In this document: piece by piece, positions 1 through 11,700 of the stretch
How positions within the stretch are numbered: the stretch's first letter is position 1
How the letters are laid out: each line of letters opens with the position of its first letter
Assembly (NCBI GenBank): GCA_017499595.2
Contig: CM039003.1
Coordinates: 2,790,001 to 2,854,000 of the forward strand
Reading direction: 5' to 3'
DNA: 64,000 bases
DNA from: Psilocybe cubensis
Lineage: Eukaryota
Notes under the pieces: generated by a model
Seen by the model: only the letters and a program-made list of their open reading frames with translations
Databases searched by the model: none
Told to the model about the DNA's origin: nothing
Program-made: the position numbers and the translations under genes

Positions 1-1757
1 CAATCACTCCGTAACTCGCCATCTCCCGTTCTGAATGCTTGATTTGTCGTCTCGGCAACTCGTCACTGTGGGGACACGTCAAACATAATGACAGTGAGCT
101 CAGAAATCAAGTTAGCATCGATTCGAGGATATAAACCTACGGTTCAACATAGAATTATTAGCCTTTCATTTTTGACTGTAGCCTTGACGTATGATACCGT
201 ACTTGACTACAAGAACTCGTACAGTAGTTCTGAGTCGAATTTTTTGACACAACTTGCGGCTATGCGCACTCGAGTAACAAACATATTATTACCTCATTAT
301 TGTACAATATCCTGGGTTTGCGCTCAAAAAACATAGTAAAACCTAGATACCAATGTAATACACATATGGAATCCTCCAAACAGTCCAACAGATATCGATG
401 AAAATGTGAATTCTCTAAAAATGGACATGTTTGCCTCAAGTCCCGCCTGACCCATTCGCTAGTTTATTCGCAAAAAAGCATTTCAGATAGACTCCGAGGA
501 CCCTATAGAGGTAATATATTGTTGGTTCAAACGCACCTGACAATAATACAGCGCCCCATTCATGCTGTGAGCCGAGATAAAAGTGGCACCACATACATCT
601 CCTCCTCCCCCAAATCACAAAATTACATGACTGCAAACGTTTGCTGCATCTACCCAGCATTCAAACGTTACATAAAGGTACCCGGGACATCCGAAGTCAA
701 GATGTAAAGAAGCTTGATGAACGTTAATTGAAGTTGAACATGTATCAAAGTGATACATCTGTTTTAGACGTACCTGGGCACTAAACGAACAAATCCGGGT
801 CCGCGTTGGAGATTCTGGATAAAATCAAGTTACAGTTTGGAAGGATATATGCAAGATAAGATAAATAAACTACTCACACAACATCCAAATGAAAATTGAG
901 ACTGACATTCGTTAAGCGCCCAAACCGTCTCCGAGACGGTAATCTCGTATATTTCATTCATAGCGACTCTATTTCCTATGAATTCAGTCAGAAAACGATA
1001 CATTGTGAAGGGGTACAGGCTATAGACATGATCTGCAGAGCTACAGCCTTGCTCCATGAATTTTGCAAAGAGGATGACGAGAACAAGGGGATGCCATGTC
1101 ATCCAGCCTTGTCCTCCAGCTCCAAATCCGCGTTTCTAGCGTAAAAAAACGACTTCCTTGCATCTCGGGCGAGCATCACGTCATGCTGTCATCGGTAGAC
1201 ACATGCCGTGAACGTTTGTACGAGATTGGCGGAGACATTTTGAATGCGAGAATTTGTTGAATTGAAGATACGAAGGGTTACATACCTTTCATTTCGCCTC
1301 GATTTTGAGCCTGAACGGCAAATAGACGTTGGATTGAGTGTTCAGGACGCCTTCCAAGTCCAATGTAGCAAAGAGAATGAGTCTAGTACAAGAATTCAAA
1401 ATTTTTTGAATACTCGCCATAATGATTTTCATTGTCCTCCAACTCGTATTTTTCCAAATTCACTGTAATTGCGCATGCATGTGAGCTTAGTATAGCACAT
1501 GGTAGTAATACTTACCCATTCTATCACGATTACAGCCCACAGACAAACGTTGGACTCGACAACGTACTCGAAATGCCAAGTAACCCAGGCTTCTCCTCCT
1601 GCCCCATTTCGCCGTTTCACGACATTCCAAACGCCGTCTCTTCTGGAACACATGTGAGTATCTCTACATCTCACCATATGCATCCGGATGACGTGAGTTG
1701 GAATGCTAGGTAGATGGTTAATTAGTAGACTCGAGATTGAAGGGGAATGAAGGCACA
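1..1757. repeat. Left part of segmental-repeat copy 0 (homologous to ~28790-30549 and ~45745-47504)
   Basis: 1-~1140 aligns with clear divergence to ~28790-29930. ~1150-1757 is nearly identical to ~29945-30549 (identical ORF-track peptides at 1244/30036/46991). Confidence 0.9.
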
Positions 1758-1772
1758 CATCAGCAATACCGG
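1758..1772 (+). repeat. Left terminal inverted repeat
   Basis: CATCAGCAATACCGG matches the reverse complement of 20004-20018 (CATCAGTAAATCCGG) at 12/15 positions. Confidence 0.8.
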
Positions 1773-1970
1773 GGCCAAGTAGGTAATGATCCGTAGTGAT
1801 ACGTAATTCTGTAGTGCCCATAGTAACGGTCCCATTTGGGTAACACACACTGATGTACCTGTAGCTTGGTACCAACGCTGTCATGGTATCTGTATTGTAA
1901 CGCGAGTGCTGTGTAGCGGCGTGTAGCATGCTTACCATCCATACCCCTCTGTATACAACTGACATACAAA

Positions 1971-2062
1971 TTGTAGCATACTACCACAGATTTGTAGCAT
2001 GCTACCACAGATTTGTAGCATGCTACCACAGATTTGTAGCATGCTACCACAGATTTGTAGCA
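1971..2062 (+). repeat. Subterminal 21-bp tandem repeat (TTGTAGCATGCTACCACAGAT, ~4.4 copies)
   Basis: Directly visible. Core GTAGCATGCTAC is palindromic. TGTAGC also occurs at ~1860, ~1913 and ~1922, and inverted ATGCTACA occurs at 19888 and 19956. Confidence 0.9.
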
Positions 2063-2330
2063 CATCATAACACACTGCAAATAGGTACAAAGGCATATAT
2101 AGTATCCACTTTCATTTGTATAGTGTTGTGTGGCTATTCCTGCAAGTGCCAATATCACACTGAAAACCGAACCATTTTTGACTAAAATGGGCAATTTTAA
2201 AAATAGATAATCTATGTTTGGATCGGACCAAACATGTTTCTATTAGTAGATGCATAACTATTAATACGTGACGATCTAAATATGGTATCTTCTAATCCAC
2301 ACCCGGCAGCTGCCCCGCTCATTCACCCAA

Positions 2331-5072
2331 CTACCCTTCTGGACCGTAATCTAGTTCCTCCTGTGGGATAGAATGGAGAGTCATCCTATAAGGGTTGGGG
2401 GGGTTCTTCGTAGGCCTCATAATAGCACTGATTATGGAGATCTAAATGATGCAAAGAAAGAAATGAATAAAAAAAGATACACACCATCCTTCCTCAGCCA
2501 CTTCCCTACATAAGCAAGCCAAGCGAGGACCTTGGTTCAAGGTATCCTTCTCTGCCTCTGCTGCAACCAACATGCAGGCATCATACCTCAGGGAGTACTC
2601 CTCTCCCTTGAATTCAATACCCGAACACGGACCACCTCTTGCAGGGTCAATCCCATCCCTCCACTCCTCAAGACAGTTGTGGATCTACAGCAAAATGCTT
2701 GTTAGCAAGGCAGTGCCAATAGCAGGAGAGAAATCAGAACTACACAACTGGCCACAAGCGCAAATGCTTTGTGGGGAAGCGATGTCTTGAAGAAATCCGT
2801 CTTTGTCTCCAGACCTTTGATGGGGACTGCAACCCCTTTTGTAGGATGGTAGAAGAAGTCCAGACAGATCTTCTTCACAAAAGGATGTCCAAATGGGACA
2901 TCGTGATACTGGAAACAAATCAATGAGTGGTAAGCCAGGTAAAATGGACGGCGAACTCACTCGGGTTTTGGCAACACCCCGGTGGTATTTACCATTGAGT
3001 AGCCAATATGCTACCCTGTCCTTGATGTATTCGATCTCCCCCATCTGATTTTCAAACATATTGGGGTTCGCGGCGATGACCTCCGACGGGACTTCGAGGC
3101 CATACGCATTTTTGACCAGGGGTCTGATCATCGTCTTCAGTCTTCCCCGGAAGGTTGACGCGTAGACAAATGCCTAATGAGAACAGACACGTTAGTACAA
3201 TATCCTTAAAAGAACACGCTAAAAATATACCGTTACGGCGGTATTCCTGTCTAGGAGCGTTTTTTTCTCTGCAAAGTTATGTAAACCAATTAACTAAAAT
3301 CACAGAAGACAGAACTTACTATCAGGCAACACTTTATCCGTGTTCATTCTTTCAAACACGGTTACTGCCATCTTCACACATCCATCGGCGACTAATAAGT
3401 GATTTTCCCGAGTGGGAAAGGGGACCTCCTCTACTACATACAGGCACATCAGTTTGCGTGCAATTTTGAGCACATCTTTCCAGTAACCAGTAAAGGATGC
3501 AACTGAATGCTTGGATACTTCCCTAGCAGAAGAAGTACTGGACTTCTTATGAGCGATGTGTGCCTCACCAAGCACCTCATCATCGTCAGATGCTTCGTTG
3601 TTCTCCCTTGTCAAACCTTGGGATACGGCTCCTTGCGAAACAGCCGCCTTGCGCAATGCCTCAGGGCGAGGTGGCTTGTTCGCCCGATTACGACGACGGT
3701 GTTCTTGAAGAACATCCTCTACTTCCACAACCTATATCAATAATACATTAGCTAGACATTAAATACAGCAGAGAAATGATTACATGGGGGGAAGGCTGGC
3801 GGAGCAATGCCCTTGCTCTCCTCTCCTCTTCATCATCGGAAACTTCATCAACCACTGTCAAACATAGGTGGTAAGCAAACACGACATAAAGGTGGAGTTA
3901 AACCAACGCTGGGCAGCAGGCTCTTCATCATCTTGACCCGCGTCGTCGTAACCTTCATCACCGTCGACATATTGGAGAGCTTCTTCATCCCCAATATTCT
4001 CTTCATCAATTCCTTGCATGCATTCGTCCCCTGATGCTTCCTCAGATCGCCTTTCACCGTCACTATCCCCCTCTTCCTCCTCCTCATCTTCCTCCTGCTC
4101 TATGCCTTCGTAATCTTGTTGCTCCTCCTCGTCTTGATGGCTGATGCTAGCCTCTTGGTGGGCGTTATAGGCTGCTGGATGCACTGGCTGTTGTACGGGG
4201 GCATGTTGTGTTACAGGATGCACTGGTTGTTGTACGGGGGCATCGTAGTATTGGACAGAATTCTCTGCCGCAGGGGCAGCGTAACGCTGAACAGGATTTG
4301 CTGCGTGTTGTACAGGGCGCGGGACAGGATGTGCTGCATGTTGTACGGGGCGCGGGACAGGATGTGCTGGCTGTTGTACCGGAGCAGCGGGGCGCTGGAT
4401 GGGGGCAGTGGGTCTTTGGACAGCATGATCAAGCTCTGAGTGCTCCTGATTTCTCTGAGCTGCACGTTGGATCTGGACAGGAGGGGGGGCACCCTGAGAT
4501 TGTCGTGGGCTTGGTTGGACTTGTTGGACATCCCAAGGAGCAACTGAAGGCGTTGGCCTTGGTTGCATTTGAATAGGGGGACCTACATGCGACACAACGG
4601 TAACCTAGACGTGCTTGGAAGATAGCAAATTTAAGATTAGAACAGTAGACTCACCCCATTGCGAGGTTTCTTCAAGGGAGGCGCCATCTCATTTTCAGGC
4701 ATGGCGCTAGTATCCACATTGGCGGCCCTTGACTTCCTCTTCCCAGCCTTCTCGAAGTCAATAAAAATGATGTTAGATGTTTTCTCCTGCCGAGCATTTA
4801 CTCCACCAAGACCACGGGTGCTTCGGATAGGACGGCCATTGTGGTCTTTTTAATAAGGAGTTCAGTGAATCTCAACAAAGAAAATGCTAGTACAGACCTG
4901 CTTCAGGAGCCTGAGGTGGCTCGTTTTCTGCCACGGAGCTCGGACCCTGTTCAACCTCTTGTCCTAGATGGATAAAACATTAAGTATGCGGATGTAATGA
5001 GGATATATAGATGATACCTTCAACCGTGGCATTGACAACCGCCTTTTTCTTTTTGGATCCTTTAGGTGGCAT
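2331..5072 (-). CDS. Multi-exon hypothetical protein: basic N-terminus, Pro/Gln-rich and acidic middle, DUF6532-like C-terminal domain
   Basis: Starts MPPKGSKKKK (ATG 5072). GT-AG splicing joins ORFs 3858-4595, 3300-3728, 2685-3131 and 2702-2923. The C-terminal PFGHPFVKKICLDFFY...FALVASC IHNCLEEWRDG...F...Y...Y pattern resembles TE-associated DUF6532. Stop TAG at 2331-2333. Confidence 0.7.
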
Positions 5073-5343
5073 ATTGGGCTGGTTTGACGGTTGTAATGCA
5101 GAAATAGAGACAAGGGGTGGTGAATTATGTCAAGCTACGATCCGGAGGTATGCGAAATTAGCCTCTTTTCAAAATTTAAGGCGACGGACATCAGTCAAAA
5201 ATATATCGTGCCATATAGAAATTACAGGTACTGAAACAGTACCCCTATCTACTACAATATATCACATATACATTATAGTCAGATTCCATGTCCTACTTAG
5301 AGTTAAGTAAAGTTACATCTCAGAGGGGAAAAGACTGCACCTA

Positions 5344-5699
5344 TCATGATCGCGGATTATCCTGAGGGTGCATTAGAATAGGTATTCCCCGACTAATGAG
5401 GGATACCCGTAGACGGGCGATTTCGAGCTGGGTTTCAAACAGAAGATCTTCATTGGATTTATATGCTCGCATAATGTCGTCCATATAACAACGTAGCTCT
5501 GCCTGAACTTCTAGACACCTCTGTTCAGTGAGTTGAAATTGGTCAAGAGCCTTTTTAACGGCCTCTATGCCTTGATTCTAGAGGAAGGTGGATTAAAACA
5601 TGAAAATAGACCTAAAACGAAGAACTCTGCCTCTTCGGGTATGCTAGGGAGGCGGCGACTTTGAGGTTGCGAAGCGTTGTTGCTATTGGAATGGTTCAT
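5344..5699 (-). CDS. Small putative coiled-coil protein (~100 aa, one intron, donor uncertain)
   Basis: MNHSNSNNASQPQSRRLPSIPEE, then a pyrimidine-rich TAG acceptor and an open helical exon NQGIEAVKKALDQFQLTEQRCLEVQAELRCYMDDIMRAYKSNEDLLFETQLEIARLRV...*. Confidence 0.45.
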
Positions 5700-5866
5700 G
5701 ATAAAGATAGGCAACAATTTGGTGTGGTGGTGGTGGCTTAAGTTCAAGACGATCAACACATTACGAACCATTAGCACTGTTGATTGCCGAAATACACTTA
5801 AATAGAATGACATAAAACCCGTATATGTCTACAAGTCCGTGTTCGAGATACAAGTAATGCTGCACC

Positions 5867-8226
5867 CTACATATTTACAACTTTGACACCACGGGACGGG
5901 GGGAAGATTTGAATCAAAGATGTTGTCGGAAAAGTTGGGAATGTATCACCGCGTTTCATACGAGTAACGGGATATTTATGTACAACGCAAATATCCTTGT
6001 CTATTGATCGTATCCTGAATATAATCCCCATTGAATCGCCCTCAAGCGGTGTAACGAAGTCGTCCTTTTTTACAGGATGAATTGGAAACAACACTGATTT
6101 CGGTAATGTCAGTGTACGTCCCAGTAATGCTAGGTGGGCAGTATCGTCGGTAAGGCTGAGAAGTTCCATCGCCACTTGATGGTCGCCCTTGGATTTGTCT
6201 ACGACTTTTAATCGTAATCCTTTCAGCTTATCGTATTTCGTATCTAGCCAGTGAGCGACGGTTGAGGGTAGTTCTGCGATTTCCACCGCCGAGTGTACAG
6301 GTATTGCTGAATACGGATTCCATGCAGGAGACAGAAAACTTGCTACTGTGGACGGCATTGGAGTTGCTCCACCAGAAGGCCCGGGGTCTTGAGCGGAATT
6401 TATATGTTCTCGGTTGCTTGAAACAATGTCAGTAAGCACCTGACAGTCAACGAATCAAGTGAAACCACATACTGTATAATTAAATGTGATATTTTAATAC
6501 GTTCCACCCTCTGGTTACGAGCTTCCAGCTCAACGTCTGCAAAGCCGTCGGGGGTAGTGCTTTTAACGATGCCATAGTACCCCTTGAATGTATTATTCCC
6601 GACAACGATGACACTCAAACCTATATAGACGTCGTTGTGGTCTCTTTCTCCAAGCTTTGACGAATGACGCTTTCGCGGGCGAAGAGTAGCATGGGCAGGG
6701 GGGACGTAGAATATGACTGTGTGGATGGGCACAATGACCTGAAAAATGTGTTGAACACTACTGAGACAAAGAGAATGACAGTTCACCTACTTCGCGTTCG
6801 TGCTCTGGGGCGATAATACAAACAGATCTTCCATCAAAGTCTGACACCCATCCATGGAGATCTTTGTGATCCCCTTCAACGACTTCAACACTATCGCCTA
6901 TCTGGAAAGCTGCACGTAGATCGTGTAGTGCAACTGCTTGTGTTATACCTTGGGAGGGGATGTGCACTTCCACCTCAGCGTCAGAAACACTCTTGACCGT
7001 TCCAAAAAGACCTAAGTATTCTCCACCAATAATTTTGACTCGATCATATCGTTTCAGTCGAGTCATGGAGATGGCTTTCGAGGCTTGCGCTAAGGTCTCC
7101 GTCGTTACAAATGGACACTCGCGAAATTGCTCCAACTCGGACGATGTTGGGAGGACATTGGAAAGATATTTGAGATCAATGGCGTCGAAATCCGTGATAA
7201 TAAATCCATCCTGGAATATCCTGTCGAGGTGCGATTTCTTGATGTTGTCCGGAGGTCTGGGGATAAGAACAACACTTTTCCGACCCTGGAATGTGAACAC
7301 AAGGCCGGTAGCATTTGCGTAGGTCGTCCAAGCCTTACGCTTTCCAGCAACCTTGACCCACGATTGGTCTTCAGGGCGTGAGGGTGGGGGATGAGATAGG
7401 ATCTCCATACATCTCTCCGAGGATAGCCTAACTAAATGTGTCGGATTAAGCTCTCTAACGAGGCAGGCTAACGTATGCGCATGTTGCATTGATGGTGCCT
7501 CGACGTAGATTCTCCCAGGAATTGAGGATTGAGCGAAGACAGACCGGGCAAGGATGATGGGAAATGTAGGGTTCGTTGACATCTGCATAATTTTGAAAGC
7601 GACGGCCTCTTCGCGTCCAACCTATCACTCGTAAGGTGATCAATAAATGCTGACTGAAGACTTATATTATTTTTGCGTACCTTGCAACCTATTTCATACA
7701 TGATATCAGTCGCGGAAGGCATATAATTATTATCACCAAGTCCTCCTGGTTGGGGATTGCCATATTTCTGTATAAGTTCTCGTGAACTAGATGGCTCTAT
7801 ATCATTGTCAGGATGAATTTTCATGCGTGAAGGCAGAAGCATGGGCAACAAATCGCTCCATTCATCAGCGTTATCTGTATTTTGCATGGCATGATATAGC
7901 CGAGAGTGTGCAACACGTTCCTCATCCTCAGAGTATTCATCGTTATCATTCACTGTATGTCAGAACCCATTAGCATCAGTACATATTGAGCAGAATATAT
8001 GTAAATTATTGGAACATACGTAGTTGGCCCCCTTCATAATCAAGCTCTTCCGAACTTTCATCATCATCGGAAACCGCTGCTTCAATGTCTATGAAGGGAT
8101 TAATGTCCTGATTTTTTGAGATCATAATTAAATTTCCCTGAAGTTAGTGATTAGATGGAGGGTTGGATTAGTACACACTGTGCGGTTGCCTAGGCTGTCA
8201 AGTCGTCTGCGTTTATAACTAGACAT
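5867..8226 (-). CDS. Spt5/NusG-like transcription elongation factor homologue (acidic N-terminus, NGN domain, KOW domains)
   Basis: Spliced model: MSSYKRRRLD...NPFIDIEAAVSDDDESSEE (Spt5 N-terminal motif); PSATDIMYEIGCKVGREEAV...SVFAQSSIPGRIYVEA (NGN); KOW motifs YDRVKIIGGEYLGLFGTV, GDSVEVVEGDHKDLHGWV and GLSVIVVGNNTFKGYYGIV; short TP/SP patch (GATPMP...SPAWNP). Confidence 0.8.
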
Positions 8227-8330
8227 TGTGGGTCTTAAAGACTGTTAATCGATGTTCATCTCACTTAATTTATCATCTTAACTTGTGATAATTTATTTTT
8301 AGATACTACACAACCTATTACTATGATAAG

Positions 8331-8597
8331 ACGCTATGATGAACGGAAAGAGAAAACATATGGTGAGAAACACGCTATTTCCGGAGCGATTCTTTAGGGT
8401 AGGTTTCCCGTCCTGAAGTCACGAGTTGGTTAAAAAAACGCCCCCTTACATCAGCCGCATCACCGTGATGCGGCTGATGTAAGGGGGCGTTTTTTTAACC
8501 AACTCGTGACTTCAGGACGGGAAACCTACCCTAAAGAATCGCTCCGGAAATAGCGTGTTTCCAACTTGATTGTTTTTCTTTCCGTTCGTCATAGCGT
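8331..8597. repeat. Long palindrome: perfect 97-bp arms (8367-8463 / 8465-8561), 1-nt spacer, imperfect outer arms
   Basis: gaaacacgctatttccgg...gcatcac c gtgatgc...ccggaaatagcgtgtttc. Outer arms acgctatgatgaacggaaag (8331) and ctttccgttcgtcatagcgt (ends 8597). Confidence 0.97.
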
Positions 8598-8737
8598 AGT
8601 ACCCCTCCCCATAGATTTAACATACATTCTAATAAAATAGACATAGACAATACTCTAGACACTCTATAATAGTTTTCGTTCAGTTAAAATTCATCTAGTT
8701 GAAAATTTGAGACACCAGAAAAAAACACACAAAAAAA

Positions 8738-11700
8738 AGTAAGTACACAAAGAAATAGAATGCAGGGTGAGACATTGAAGTTTTGTAGTGCAAGCCCAGA
8801 AGATTTCCCCCGTTGCCCGACTCCAAGCTGAAGAAATTCTGGCGTTTCCCTTCGAAACGCAGGTCGTTCGTCAGACTCTGGAAAACATGTTGCCAGAGTC
8901 GCACCCACTCCGCGTAGGTCTTAATTGGATTGCCATTTATGGTACTAATATCAAGTTTCTGTAGAGGATGGTGGATTTCCTCCGACGATATGAGGACTTC
9001 ACCTTTTTGAATTACGATGTTTCATCATCGAGCATGCGAGCGGCCATCAAGTATAGGCAAAGCTTGGCTGCCCTTCAGAACAGCATCGTAGAGACACCCT
9101 GCGTAACCTCGGCTACATGGGAGCAGGCGGGTAGCTTATTTGCAGCATACCGTCTACTCGATCTCGTAGCGTTGTGGCCAGCAGCCTTTGGACCATCGTT
9201 GCCGGTGACCGTGCCCCTGAATGAAATACAGGCCAGCACAGGAACTAAGGAAATATTTTCACGGTTCAAGGTATGCGATCATGAAGTCACTCAATGTTAA
9301 TTCTTAATTTTCAAACAATTATTGTAGCTTGTAGATGACTTGAAGGACTGGCCGGCAATGCTCTGCTCTGCCAGGAAGCGCATCCTCAGAGCCGACTCTA
9401 AGTCGCACAGAAACATCAACACCCCTTCTATCAGTGACACGCCGTCATCCGCTTTCACCCAGGGCGGGCCCTCGGAATCAACGCTATTACTCTGTCTGGC
9501 GCGTAACCACTTCAAGGGTGTTGTGGGGAAAATAATCGGGAATGTGTACTGCGCCTCGCTACACTACCAAATCTTGTCAGGAATGCGCGGTATGAAGGAC
9601 GATGAACACATTCTACCAGACATTCCAACGGACACGGCTACTCTTGCAAATCTCTAGTAAGTTTTCTTTCCTCTATTCATTGATACAATCTGCTCAACAT
9701 ACCCTAGTGCAAGCGGCCATCCTGATGCTGCGTTGTTCCTCTCAGAGGTCACGCCATCTCATTTAAAAATTCCTCTGCATGTCGCCCTTTTCATATCCCC
9801 CATCCTTCTTTTTGTGAATAAATCTTGGTATTCTAAGAAATGTGACCGGGAGCAGCTGCTTAAAGTAGGTGTATCCACATCCTCCCAGTTTAACTTGGAT
9901 TAACGCACTCCTTTAGGCCTCAAAAGCGCTCGGTAATTGTCGCCCCCGTGTTCTGCGTGAAGTGGAGATGGAAATTTGGAAAATCATTGCAGCGCAAAAT
10001 TGCGACATCCAGTCAGCCTTATATAAACTTGTTATCTCAGACTGCTGGATGGAATGCGAGCGGGTAATTGCACAAGATCCCGCATTTCACTTTTTCATAT
10101 GTGTGTTCTACGTACTGTAACAAAATAACAATTTAAACTAATAATTGGCCAGCGTCAACGAGCAGCGCCGAGGTTACAGCAAATTCTAACCTAGCAAGGC
10201 GCAGCACTGAACCACACGGTAAGTTATAAGCAAAGTCTGCGTCAATTACATGATTTAAATCCGTTTAAAACAGCTCAACTTCAGACCGTTTCCCATCATG
10301 GTGAAAAAACCACCTGTGAAGGGTCCGACGCAGACGCGGAGGGTGACGATGATCACGAAGTGGACACGACGGAAATGGTCAGCATGGGTCAACGGGAGAA
10401 CGGGGACAATACGGTCCCTACCTCAAATATACAGCCTCCGGAAGACACGTCTTCAGTGGCTGGCAAGGATGTCAGCATGGGTCAACAGGAGAACGGGGAC
10501 AATACGGTCCCTACCTCAGATATACAGCCTCCGGAAGACACATCTTCGGTGGCTGGCAAGGATGTGCCCACGGACGAGCAACCTGGTTTGCCGCGGAGTG
10601 ATGATATTGGATCTGGTCTACTTCAGACTGAGAATACTGGGCCCTCAACTGCAGGGGATTGTGAGATGAACGTCGATCCGGAGCAAGCTGATGTCGACCA
10701 TCAAATGGAGGATGGTCCACATACCAATGGTCCAGAAAATTTGGGAGACGGCGGGGCTGGACAAGGAGCTGAAGGGTCTTCTGACGAGGCAAATCGTATG
10801 TCGGAAGTTCACGAGGGCGAAAAGCAGGGGCAAGACGGAGAACGACCCGACGAGGAGAACCGAATGTCAGAAGATGGTGAGGAGGAAAGGCCAGACGACA
10901 GTTCGTCGGACAATGAGACCGAGAAGCAGGGGCAAGGGGATGTTCCACCAGTCCAGGAGGACAGAATGTCGGTCGATGGAGAGGGGGTAGGCCCAGAGCA
11001 AAACAATGATTCCTCAGACATGGAGAGGAATACATTGGAAGACAGCCAAGGCGAAAAGGAGGGGGAGAACGCACCTCCTGCTCCTCTTATTTTGAGGATT
11101 CCTCCTGTTTCCCAGATAAACAGGAGCAAAAACACCACGGCTGACTCCTCTCAGAAAGGGAAAGGGAAGGGCCGGCAGGGCCTTTCCAAGCGGCCTCCCA
11201 AACGCAAGCCGACGCAGGCTACCGACACATTTGATTCGGACGACGACCTGTGTATTGATGTCGATCTGTACGACAGCAACACTACCCTTGATGTCGTCAG
11301 CACTCCGGAGAAGGTGTATGGCACCAAAGTTTGGTCCACCTACAACGGTCGTGGCCAACTTAAAAGTTTCTGCGTTGTTGCCCATGTAAGTCATTCTCAA
11401 TATTGATTTTTTCGTCATTTATTTATTCTCCAAACAAGAGTCAAGCCGACGTGGATCGTGTTGAAAGGGTTCTGGAATTGGTCGAGAATGACTACGTCGA
11501 TGGAGTTCCATTGCACATAGCACGTCCCGAAGAATCATGTTTTGCGGTATTCGACCGCAGCACCACGAAATCCATGTATCTGATGGAGTCTTTCTCTGAA
11601 AGGAACGTCGTCCTTATGTCTCCTTCTCAAGAGGAGTCTATTTCAACTTGCTCCGACGAGTTCTACAGCCAGGTACGTCGCCATATGGGTGATATGACGA

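Noticed and set aside
1848-1855. Internal CACTGATG that could close a ~98-bp mini-element with the left CATCAG
   Set aside because: It is not followed by the CA TSD, and host homology resumes only at 20019.
1971-2062. CRISPR-like array
   Set aside because: The repeats are contiguous with no unique spacers, there are no cas genes and the context is eukaryotic.
1760-2194. ORFs with repeated peptides (CYKSVVA / VACYHRF)
   Set aside because: They are translations of the 21-bp subterminal DNA repeat, with no splice or composition support for a gene.
4116-4576. Plus-strand ORFs opposite the Pro/Gln-rich exon
   Set aside because: Antisense shadows of low-complexity coding sequence.
10511-11418. 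Minus-strand ORFs over the acidic region
   Set aside because: Antisense shadows of the JmjC gene.
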